A stretch of DNA of 25,641 nt from Candidatus Hodarchaeota archaeon. Its GTDB lineage: Archaea > Asgardarchaeota > Lokiarchaeia > Sigyniarchaeales > SOKP01. Position numbers and translations under genes: made by a program. Positions 9,105-18,785 of the stretch are shown piece after piece. The first letter of the stretch is position 1; each line of letters opens with the position of its first letter. Below the pieces are notes generated by a model, which searched no databases, had not been told where the DNA came from, and was given only the letters and a program-made list of their open reading frames with translations. Location: positions 1,371-27,011 of the forward strand of contig JBHLJY010000025.1 in assembly GCA_048887225.1 (NCBI GenBank). The letters are read 5' to 3'.

Positions 9105-9653
9105 ATGCCTTATTCGGAAATCTCGTTCGATCAAATTGCTTTTGATCCAGAGGTCCAAACCTATTGTAATAATCCTAAATTTCAGTGTCCATATTACGGA
9201 CATTCATGGACTTGCCCTCCTGAAGCTCCATATTTAGAAGAAGAGGTTTCTAAATATAAAAAAATTTACCTATTGTATCATCAATTTGATGTAGAAGCAT
9301 ATGTAAAAGAAATTAAAGCAAAACACCCTAGAAGAAGTGAAGATAGAATAAGATCTTCTATTTTCAGAAGAAATTACGTTCGAGATTATCTAGAAAAAGA
9401 GATCTACCAGTTTTTAGACAAATTTCAATACAATTTCAAAGATAAACTTGTTTTATGGGATGGCCATTGTAGAATTTGTAAAAAAATATGTACTTACGAT
9501 AGCGGGGATCCTTGTCGTTATCCTAACAAAAAAAGGTATTCAATGGAAGCTGTAGGGATTAATGTAGATAAAACTGTGAAGAATTTAAACATTATTATAG
9601 AATGGCCTCCTGTTAACTATATTTATCGCTTTGGCTTAGTATGCTTTAAATAG
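9105..9653 (+). CDS. DUF2284 family predicted metal-binding protein
   Basis: 'C-x6-CPYYGHSWTCPP', 'GHCRICK-x2-C' and 'CRYP-x3-RYSMEAVGINV' motifs. Confidence 0.85.
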   Translation: MPYSEISFDQIAFDPEVQTYCNNPKFQCPYYGHSWTCPPEAPYLEEEVSKYKKIYLLYHQFDVEAYVKEIKAKHPRRSEDRIRSSIFRRNYVRDYLEKEIYQFLDKFQYNFKDKLVLWDGHCRICKKICTYDSGDPCRYPNKKRYSMEAVGINVDKTVKNLNIIIEWPPVNYIYRFGLVCFK

Positions 9654-9715
9654 AATCTTAAATTATTAATAAAATTTAAAAAATAATAAAAAAAGAGAAT
9701 TAAATATACAGATTC

Positions 9716-11041
<1,326 letters not shown>

Positions 11042-11155
11042 TTATTCAATAAGGTTTAAAAAATTTTTTATGTTAAGTATGGAATGATTTTTATAGGTAA
11101 ATTTACTTTATGGCTTTAGATTTAGGTTAATTAAAATTTCATTTTTTGGGTAATA

Positions 11156-12097
11156 ATGCCTAAGAAAGCAGCAATACTTTTTGATTTAGCACATGCGGAG
11201 ATGCTTAATATTGAGGATAATGATTTTTCTGAATTCTCAAAATTACTCAAATCTATAGGCTTGAAAGTTATAAAAAATGATAATAAAAACCTAACAAGTA
11301 GCGAACTACAAAATACAGATATATTAGTAATAGGAAATCCAATTGATGATTATTTTTCTAATATAGAAATTAGAACAATTGTCAATTTTGTGAGGGGAGG
11401 CGGACGATTATTACTTATAAGTGAATATGGTGGCGATTATCTTCAAAAAACAAACCTAAATGACATTTCTGGAAAAAATTTTGGTATTTATTTTCAAAAA
11501 AATATTGTTAAAGAATATAACAGCATTAATCAGAATTGCTCCAGCATTTTATCTATTCAAAATTTTAATAAACACAAAATAACAAATCAATTAAGAGAAT
11601 TAATAATTGGGGGTACTTGTTCTTTATTATTAAATAAAAGCTCAGAACCATTGATGTACTCAAATAATTCGTGGTCTGAGATTTATAACGGCTCTCAGGG
11701 GCAATGGTCAAAAGAAAATGGAGAAAAGAAGCAGATTATCTCTGCCTGTGTAGAATACAGTCGAGGTAAAGTGGGAGCGATTGGAGATATTGACATCTTC
11801 TCTAATGATCAAAATATTGGGTTAAATTGTTTGGACAATAGAAATTTTGTTAAAAATTTAATATCTTGGTTATTAGAGCCTGTAAAAGAATCTGACGTAA
11901 CATTATGGGCGTTAAATCAATTAGGAGAACTTCAAACTGAAGTAAAACGGATTAATAAAAAAATTAATAATATTATTGAAACAATGACTATATTGGAACA
12001 TCGAATTAGTACAATAGAAGAAATAGAAGATGGTGCATATAAACAAGGTTTTAAAAAAAATCGCGAAAAAACAAAAATAGAAAAAGAACAATATTGA
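11156..12097 (+). CDS. GIFT/DUF4350 (GldG/IFT52-like, class I GATase-like fold) protein with C-terminal coiled coil
   Basis: 'ILFDLAHAE', 'DILVIGNP...FSNIEIRTIVNFVRGGGRLLLISEYGG', 'NLNDI...FGIYF', 'GKVGAIGDIDIFSN' and 'NRNFVKNLISWL'; heptad-like C-terminus. Confidence 0.7.
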   Translation: MPKKAAILFDLAHAEMLNIEDNDFSEFSKLLKSIGLKVIKNDNKNLTSSELQNTDILVIGNPIDDYFSNIEIRTIVNFVRGGGRLLLISEYGGDYLQKTNLNDISGKNFGIYFQKNIVKEYNSINQNCSSILSIQNFNKHKITNQLRELIIGGTCSLLLNKSSEPLMYSNNSWSEIYNGSQGQWSKENGEKKQIISACVEYSRGKVGAIGDIDIFSNDQNIGLNCLDNRNFVKNLISWLLEPVKESDVTLWALNQLGELQTEVKRINKKINNIIETMTILEHRISTIEEIEDGAYKQGFKKNREKTKIEKEQY

Positions 12098-12264
12098 TGT
12101 ACTAGTCTAAACAAGTTAATAAATTTAAAAATAGGTCCTTTTTTCCTTCTTTTTTGATTATAACAACTTTAAAGTGTTAGAAACTTAAATTGTATTAGAG
12201 TTATTTTTAATAATAAATGAATGTTAATTTTAGTAAACTAATTAGTTTGAGAGAGAATTAAAAA

Positions 12265-13710
12265 TTGCCATTAAAAACTCCAGAAGAATATTTAGAAAGT
12301 ATTAAGCGAGATATGAATTTATATATGTTTGGTGAAAGAGTAAAAGATTTTTGGAATCACCCTATAATAAAACCCTCAATCAACACTGTTATGAAAATTT
12401 ATGAATTAGCTCAAATGGAGGACCATAAAGAATTGATGACCGCTAAATCACATATAACTGGTGAAACTATAAATAGATTTACTCATATTCATCAATCTAT
12501 TGAAGATTTAGTTAAAAAAGTGAAAATGCAGAGATTAGTAGGCCAAAACACCTCATGTTGCTTTCAACGATGCGTTGGATTTGATGCAGCAAATGCATTA
12601 TATAGTGTTACTTACGAAATTGATAAGAAATATGGTACTAAATATCACGATCGATTTAAGAAATATTGGGTGGAGGTTCAATCGCAAGATTTAATGGTAG
12701 ATGGAGCTATGACTGATACTAAAGGGGACCGCAGTAAAAGACCCGCGCAACAAAAAGATCCAGACCAGTATTTACATATCGTAGGAGAGAACGACGATGG
12801 AATTGTTGTGCGTGGAGCCAAAATTCATCAAACAGGATATTTAAATTCTCATAGAGCAATAATTATGCCTACACTTTCAATGAGATCTGGTGAAGAGACT
12901 TATGCAGTAAGTTTTGGTGTTGATACTAATGAGAAAGGGATAACACTAATATATGGACGCCAAACATGCGATACTCGTAAAATGGAGGATGGTAAATGGG
13001 ATGTAGGCAATTACAAATATGGAGGTCAAGAGGTTTTTGTTATTTTTGATGATGTATTTATTCCTAATGAAAATATTTTCATGAAAGGGGAAATTGAATT
13101 TTCTGGTGAATTAGTTAATAGGTTTGCTGGATTCCATCGACAATCATATGGAGGCTGTAAAGTTGGTGTAGGTGATGTAATTATTGGTGCATCAGCTTTA
13201 ATTGCAGAATATAATGGAGTTGAAGGAGCCTCACATATAAGAGACAAACTTGTCGAAATGGTTCATTTAAATGAAACACTTTATTGTTGTGGTATTGCCT
13301 GTAGCTCTTTAGGTTTTAAAAGAGAAGCTGGAAATTACGAGATGGATATGTTATTAGCAAATATCTGCAAACAAAATGTTACCCGTCTTCCATATGAAAT
13401 TGGTAGATTAACAGAAGATATAGCAGGGGGGATAATATGTACATTACCTTCTGAAGAAGATTTTAAATCGGATGATATCGGACCATTATTAAAGAAATAT
13501 CTTTCTACTTGCAATGGGGTCTCGGTTGAAGATAGATATAAGGTTTTGAGATTCATTGAAAACATTACTATGGGATTAGCATCTTTAAGTTATAAAACGG
13601 AGTCGATGCACGGAGCGGGTTCACCTCAAGCACAGCGAATTATGATTAGTAGGCAAGCAAATTTAGATAGCAAAAAAAAGCTAGTAAAAAAAATTTTAGA
13701 TATTAAATAA
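12265..13710 (+). CDS. abfD: 4-hydroxybutyryl-CoA dehydratase / vinylacetyl-CoA delta-isomerase (HpaB-like fold, FAD and [4Fe-4S])
   Basis: Cluster ligand motifs CFQRCVG and HRQSYGGCK, plus 'AMTDTKGDRS', 'GAKIHQTG' and 'ESMHGAGSPQAQRIMI'; TTG start. Confidence 0.9.
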   Translation: MPLKTPEEYLESIKRDMNLYMFGERVKDFWNHPIIKPSINTVMKIYELAQMEDHKELMTAKSHITGETINRFTHIHQSIEDLVKKVKMQRLVGQNTSCCFQRCVGFDAANALYSVTYEIDKKYGTKYHDRFKKYWVEVQSQDLMVDGAMTDTKGDRSKRPAQQKDPDQYLHIVGENDDGIVVRGAKIHQTGYLNSHRAIIMPTLSMRSGEETYAVSFGVDTNEKGITLIYGRQTCDTRKMEDGKWDVGNYKYGGQEVFVIFDDVFIPNENIFMKGEIEFSGELVNRFAGFHRQSYGGCKVGVGDVIIGASALIAEYNGVEGASHIRDKLVEMVHLNETLYCCGIACSSLGFKREAGNYEMDMLLANICKQNVTRLPYEIGRLTEDIAGGIICTLPSEEDFKSDDIGPLLKKYLSTCNGVSVEDRYKVLRFIENITMGLASLSYKTESMHGAGSPQAQRIMISRQANLDSKKKLVKKILDIK

Positions 13711-13730
13711 AAGATTATCTCTGTTCTTCT

Positions 13731-14942
13731 TTATTTTTCAATGATTATTTCTATTAAATTGTAATGTCTATTTCCTAAACCTATTTCTTTAGCAGCCTTT
13801 AATTGTAATTCCCATCTTTTGGATATTTTTCCCTCTGGATTTAAATCAACCTCTTTAGTTTCTGGATTAAATCGAGGTAAATAAGAAAACCAATCATATT
13901 TTCCTTTCCTTGGGATGTTTTTCACATTTCTAAGAATTGAATAAGGATTTATAGAAGAGAGATGTACTAAATCAATACAAGCTTGATCTAATGCAACTGG
14001 ATCTAAAGAAGAGAGCACTCCAATATCATTTACAAAAGGGACATCAGTTCCGCCACAACAATCGCATTGATAAGTTATATCGATTGCGTAATTTATATAA
14101 TATATTTTGTCTTCTCCAAAGTAATCAACTACTCCTTTAGCATTATCAACAGTCTGCAATATGAATTCCTCTGGAGTAGCAATACCAATATCAATAACAT
14201 TATCTTCACATACAGATTTGCACATGTAACAATACCTACACTTAGTTTTATCATAGTTTAATCTTTTGTTATTATTTTTAGTCAAGGCTTTTGAAGGGCA
14301 AATTTTTAAACATTCTTCACAATCAGGCACACACTCATTAAAATTAAATTCAAATTTTTTACTATTGTGCGCTTGAACTTTACCTCCTTTTGAGACACAC
14401 CCAATTCCTAAATTTTTTATAGAGCCTCCAAATCCCGCACCGTAATGACCTTTAAAATGCGTTGCCAAAATCATATAATCAAATTCTCTAAGCCTTCCAG
14501 CAACCAAAACATCGTCAAATCTTTTTCCTTTAATATTTTGAATTTCGTAATCAATACCATCAGGTCCATCTAACATAATAATATGAGCGTCCATAGTTTC
14601 ATCGGTATAACCATGTTTTAGAGCAACTTCTAAATATTCTTGTTGATTCGCTCTCCCTCCATATTCTCCCATTGCGCCTGGTATACCCCACCCGCACGAT
14701 TCAGCAACAAATGGAATACCCCCTAACTCTTTAATGTAATCGCATAAAAATCTAATATAACTGGGTCTTAGATATCTCGTATTTTCTAAGGCACCAAAAT
14801 GAGTTTTTATAACAACTTTTTCTTTATTTCTCACTCTTTCTTCAATTCCTAAATTTTTTAATGCTAGAGGTCCTTTAACCTTTGACATGCTTTCTTTATG
14901 GGTATGTGTTCTTGCTGAAAAAAAATAAACATCTGACTTCAA
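13731..14942 (-). CDS. DUF362 domain protein with inserted 2[4Fe-4S] ferredoxin domain
   Basis: 'VVIKTHFG', 'HFKGH...GFGGSIKNLGIGC', CxxxCxxCxxxCP / CxxCxxCxxxC, 'CDC' and 'SLDPVALDQACIDL'; TTG start. Confidence 0.85.
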   Translation of the reverse strand: MKSDVYFFSARTHTHKESMSKVKGPLALKNLGIEERVRNKEKVVIKTHFGALENTRYLRPSYIRFLCDYIKELGGIPFVAESCGWGIPGAMGEYGGRANQQEYLEVALKHGYTDETMDAHIIMLDGPDGIDYEIQNIKGKRFDDVLVAGRLREFDYMILATHFKGHYGAGFGGSIKNLGIGCVSKGGKVQAHNSKKFEFNFNECVPDCEECLKICPSKALTKNNNKRLNYDKTKCRYCYMCKSVCEDNVIDIGIATPEEFILQTVDNAKGVVDYFGEDKIYYINYAIDITYQCDCCGGTDVPFVNDIGVLSSLDPVALDQACIDLVHLSSINPYSILRNVKNIPRKGKYDWFSYLPRFNPETKEVDLNPEGKISKRWELQLKAAKEIGLGNRHYNLIEIIIEK

Positions 14943-15086
14943 TTATAAGCACATCGAAAAAAATAATTAATTTCCATTTAGATTTTTTTAATTTTTAAGG
15001 TAAGAAAATTGATCCAATAAATATTTTAGCATTAAAAAATTCTAATACTATAATTAATAAGATAACAAAAAGAGAGAATTAGAAAA

Positions 15087-15317
15087 TTGCCACGATGCCC
15101 AGAGTGTGCTGGCGTAATGAAATTTCAACCGTCAATTAAGAAATTAGTCTGTAAATCCTGCGGATTATCATTATCGAGAGCTGAATTAGATGACTATTGG
15201 AAAAAGATCAGATCCCAAAATACTTCTGATGAAGATGATTTCCACCGACAAAAAAGCCGTCGCAAAGAATGGTTGGAATGGTACAGTAAATCTAAATCAG
15301 AGAAAGAGAAATATTAA
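15087..15317 (+). CDS. Small zinc-ribbon protein
   Basis: CPECAG...CKSCG followed by a charged helical tail (RRKEWLEWY). The TTG start shares its leader with abfD. Confidence 0.75.
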   Translation: MPRCPECAGVMKFQPSIKKLVCKSCGLSLSRAELDDYWKKIRSQNTSDEDDFHRQKSRRKEWLEWYSKSKSEKEKY

Positions 15318-15408
15318 AGTTATATAATCCCTTTCGGGGAAAATTTTTATTAGTTAGTTAATTTTCTTCTTTCTAACACTATTTTTTCTAAAAATGAAAT
15401 CTTAATAA

Positions 15409-16602
15409 TTAGCTTCCAAACTTTTTTTCAAATATATCGTCTAATAACTCAATAAGTTTCGAAGCTGGTATATCTAATAAAGTAATTTGTAAATGTCTAC
15501 CACGTTGGGCTTCTTCAATTCTAACCGTTTTTGATGCAATTATTTTAAGTTGATTTAATTGACGAACATATTTTCTAAAACTCATTTTCACATGAGATTC
15601 AATTGAAAAATTTTCACAGGCAACTAAATATTCTTCATAGGCATCATCTACTAATGTAAACGGCTCATCTTTATTTATCAAACATTTTACAATTCCATAT
15701 AAAGCAAGGAGTTCTTGTTCGTTTAATTGGTCAACAATATCTCCTCTAAAAGTTGGATAAACTTCATTCGAAGCAGCTCTAACTATATCAGGAGTTATCG
15801 AATTTAATCCCTCTTTATCAACATATAATCCACATTTTCGCAATATTTCTATACCATGCCTCATATTTTTATTTTCAACGACAATTTGAGCAATCATAGT
15901 CAATAAATCATCGTCAATGACATTATCCTTAAATGCAAGCTCGCTTCTATATTGTAAAATTTGCATAGATTCCTCAAAATCATAAGGTTCAAGTTTTATT
16001 TTTTCGTTTAATCTGCTCAGAATTCTTTCAGTTTCAATTCTCATCCAATCTTTTATTCTTGAAACTAATAATATTGAAAGTCTTGCGTTTTGATGACCAA
16101 ATGTTTCGGCAATATCAAGAAAAGCTAAGACGTCTTCGGATTTTAGAAGATGAACCTCATCTATTATTAAAAACATGTATCCCTTATTTCTAACAAGTTG
16201 CGTTAGAATTAATTTCAATGCCTCATCATCTGAAAATCCCCTTCCAGAGCCATGTGTATATTTTGCCAATAATTCTCTAATAATTTTACTTTTAGATCTA
16301 AAATTAATACAATTATAGTATTCTATGAAAAGGTTGACATCCTTCTCAATTGCTATAGTTCTGAAATTTTTTCCGAAATATCTCGCTGTGACTGTTTTTC
16401 CAACTCCTCCCTTTCCTAGTAATAAACAATTTATACTAGGAGGTTCAGGTTCATCTAAAATTCTCCTAAAATTGTAAATTAAAGTATTAATAGTTTCATC
16501 ACGGGAGTATAACTTTTCTGGTACATAACTTAAGTCAAGAGAACTCGCTTGTTTAAAAACAGATTTTTTTATGAATTGTGCTCGAAATTCATCCTCGTCC
16601 AT
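15409..16602 (-). CDS. cdc6: Orc1/Cdc6 replication initiator AAA+ ATPase
   Basis: 'LSYVPEKLYSRD', Walker A GKGGVGKT, 'YYNC', Walker B IIDEVH, 'RILSRL', 'EPYD...ILQYR', sensor-2 region 'NMRHGIEILR' and a C-terminal winged helix with 'RGR'. Confidence 0.93.
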   Translation of the reverse strand: MDEDEFRAQFIKKSVFKQASSLDLSYVPEKLYSRDETINTLIYNFRRILDEPEPPSINCLLLGKGGVGKTVTARYFGKNFRTIAIEKDVNLFIEYYNCINFRSKSKIIRELLAKYTHGSGRGFSDDEALKLILTQLVRNKGYMFLIIDEVHLLKSEDVLAFLDIAETFGHQNARLSILLVSRIKDWMRIETERILSRLNEKIKLEPYDFEESMQILQYRSELAFKDNVIDDDLLTMIAQIVVENKNMRHGIEILRKCGLYVDKEGLNSITPDIVRAASNEVYPTFRGDIVDQLNEQELLALYGIVKCLINKDEPFTLVDDAYEEYLVACENFSIESHVKMSFRKYVRQLNQLKIIASKTVRIEEAQRGRHLQITLLDIPASKLIELLDDIFEKKFGS

Positions 16603-16761
16603 GACAAATCGTAGGATTTTTTTTATATTTATCTCGTATAAGTAAATATATTACATTTTAAGTTTAAATTTTCTTATACTTTTAAGTTAATAAGGAAATA
16701 TAAAAAAAATTGAAATAAATGGATATAAACTAATCAATTACTATATAATTATACTTTATAT

Positions 16762-17691
16762 TTATTCATTTAAATCCTCGATTTTATTTAGAGGATGCAT
16801 TGCATTATACGATTGTTTTAATTTAGATATATCATTTTTAGCATAAATTCGGGTTGTATTGGGACTTGAATGTCCTAATATATCTTGTAATTCGCTTATA
16901 TCCATACCTGAGCGTCTAAGATGAGTAGCTCCTGTATGTCTAAACACGTGAGGGGTCACTATCTTTGAATCTGGAAATTCACACCTGATTTTTATGTTTT
17001 TTATATCTTCCTGTACAATTCGCGGATTTAATTTATGCAGTCTTGTATTTACTAGTAAAAAATCATCAGAACTATATATGAATCTACTTTGCAGGTACTC
17101 TTTAATAAGTTCTAAAGTTTTATCATCAACTGGAACCATTCTTTCTTTATTCCCCTTTCCTCTAAGTCGAACGTATCCTTGCTTAAAATCAATATCTTTA
17201 ATTTTAATGTTACAAAGTTCACTTACTCGAGCCATAGTAGAATACAACAACCTTATAATTAAATACTGACGTTGACTTTTTTCAGATCTTAATTGCTTAT
17301 CATCTTTTAAAATTGTGAAAATTTTTTTTATATCTAAAATATCAAGAAATTTAGGGAGATTTTCTTCTGTTTTAATTTTTGGACTTTGGATTCTATCCAT
17401 AGGATTCTTTTTAACAAACCTATTGACGACTAAAAATTTAAAAAAGGATCGTAAAGATGCTATTTTTCTAGCAATCGATTTCTTAGTATAGTTTTTTTCC
17501 TTGAGAGTTTTTAAAAATAACCTAATTCTTTGACGTAAGAATGAAGAATTAACGCTAATATCTCCTACAGAGTTAATAAATTTTTGAAGATCGTATTTAT
17601 AAGCTTGAATTGTAGAAGAAGCGCACCCTTCTTCAATTTCCTTAGCAAATAAAAATTCTTCGATGAAATTTGAGATTTTCTTTTTTCCCAT
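16762..17691 (-). CDS. xerA: XerA/XerC/D-type tyrosine recombinase
   Basis: SAM-like N-domain 'STIQAYKYDL...SIARKIASLRSFFKFL...NP'; intact catalytic set R (ARVSEL), K (GKGNKER), HVFRH, LGH and Y (TRIY). Confidence 0.9.
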   Translation of the reverse strand: MGKKKISNFIEEFLFAKEIEEGCASSTIQAYKYDLQKFINSVGDISVNSSFLRQRIRLFLKTLKEKNYTKKSIARKIASLRSFFKFLVVNRFVKKNPMDRIQSPKIKTEENLPKFLDILDIKKIFTILKDDKQLRSEKSQRQYLIIRLLYSTMARVSELCNIKIKDIDFKQGYVRLRGKGNKERMVPVDDKTLELIKEYLQSRFIYSSDDFLLVNTRLHKLNPRIVQEDIKNIKIRCEFPDSKIVTPHVFRHTGATHLRRSGMDISELQDILGHSSPNTTRIYAKNDISKLKQSYNAMHPLNKIEDLNE

Positions 17692-17716
17692 ATCAATTGA
17701 ATAAATATGTATTGGA

Positions 17717-17750
17717 TCTCATATATGAGAGTGATATGTAAATATATAAA
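17717..17750 (-). promoter_or_regulatory. Putative xerA promoter: TATA box (TTTATATA on minus strand, 17743-17750) followed by the perfect 14-bp palindrome TCTCATATATGAGA (17717-17730)
   Basis: The palindrome is read directly and overlaps the expected transcription start ~25 nt downstream of the TATA-like box. Confidence 0.5.
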
Positions 17751-17780
17751 CCATGAAGATAAGAAGATTTCTACTTAAAT

Positions 17781-18725
17781 TTATTCTTTTTTTAATTGCC
17801 GAACGTATTTATTAGCATTTATTCCAGCGCGGGCACCCTCTGATGTTGCGAATACCACTTGGTATAAACCACCAGTAACATCTCCTGCTGCAAAAACTCC
17901 CTTTACATTCGTTTTCTGCTCCATATCAACCTTAATATTACCTCTTTCATCCAATTCAATGCCGGCCTTCTTAAAGATTGAATTTGAAGGTAGATGAGAC
18001 AAAATAAAAAGGCAATCCAATTCAAATGTCTTAATTTCGTTTGGTTTATTTGGATCCGTAGAACTACAAATAATCTTTTGAACAATACCTTGATTATTTC
18101 CAACGACTTCTATAATTTGATATTTATCAAATACTTTAATATTATTATCTTTGACCTCTTTAATTTTATCAGGCAAATCTTCGATTCCTACTTCTGTAAT
18201 AATGTTTACAATACAACCCATTTGCTGTAAAATTAACGCCTCTTCCAAAGCTTCTTCGTCGTTTCCATAGATAAATACCACTCTATCTTTATATAAAGGG
18301 CCATCGCATAATGCACAATATGATACACCAAAACCATTTAGTGCTTCTTCCCCTTTTATCGATTCTTTACGTAGCCCCCTTCCAGTGGCGATAATTACAG
18401 CATCAGCAGTAATATTTGCAGTTCTAGTAGAAATCATATTTGACCCCATCCCTATAATTAGTGATATCACATCTCCTTTAATCAATCTAACGGTTTCATG
18501 GCTCTGTGCGTGGTCTCTAAAACTTTTCAAGAGCTCTGGACCTGTCATCAATTCATAACCGGGATAATTCATTATTTCATTAGGATACTCTAAAGCTGAT
18601 TCTTGTTTTCCATCAAGAATAAGTACATCTCGTTGCGCTCTTCCACAATAGATCGCAGCACTACACCCTGCGGGGCCAGATCCTATTATTAATATTTCAC
18701 AATTATATTGATCTAATTGTTCCAT
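17781..18725 (-). CDS. trxB: Thioredoxin reductase-like FAD disulfide oxidoreductase with degenerate NAD(P)H-binding motif
   Basis: GSGPAG FAD motif, 'VIIATG', 'GVSYCALCDG' redox motif and 'TNVKGVFAAGDV'. ATG at 18725 (MEQLDQY) is more likely than GTG at 18764. Confidence 0.88.
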   Translation of the reverse strand: MEQLDQYNCEILIIGSGPAGCSAAIYCGRAQRDVLILDGKQESALEYPNEIMNYPGYELMTGPELLKSFRDHAQSHETVRLIKGDVISLIIGMGSNMISTRTANITADAVIIATGRGLRKESIKGEEALNGFGVSYCALCDGPLYKDRVVFIYGNDEEALEEALILQQMGCIVNIITEVGIEDLPDKIKEVKDNNIKVFDKYQIIEVVGNNQGIVQKIICSSTDPNKPNEIKTFELDCLFILSHLPSNSIFKKAGIELDERGNIKVDMEQKTNVKGVFAAGDVTGGLYQVVFATSEGARAGINANKYVRQLKKE

Positions 18726-18785
18726 TAAGATTGACCTTTTATTGGAAACCTGCTTTAATATCACTTTGTTTAATAATATTGAGAT

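Noticed and set aside
15409-17691. Integrated mobile element (integrase + Cdc6)
   Set aside because: The recombinase looks like chromosomal Xer; no att repeats, tRNA target or cargo genes are seen, and the flanks are housekeeping genes.
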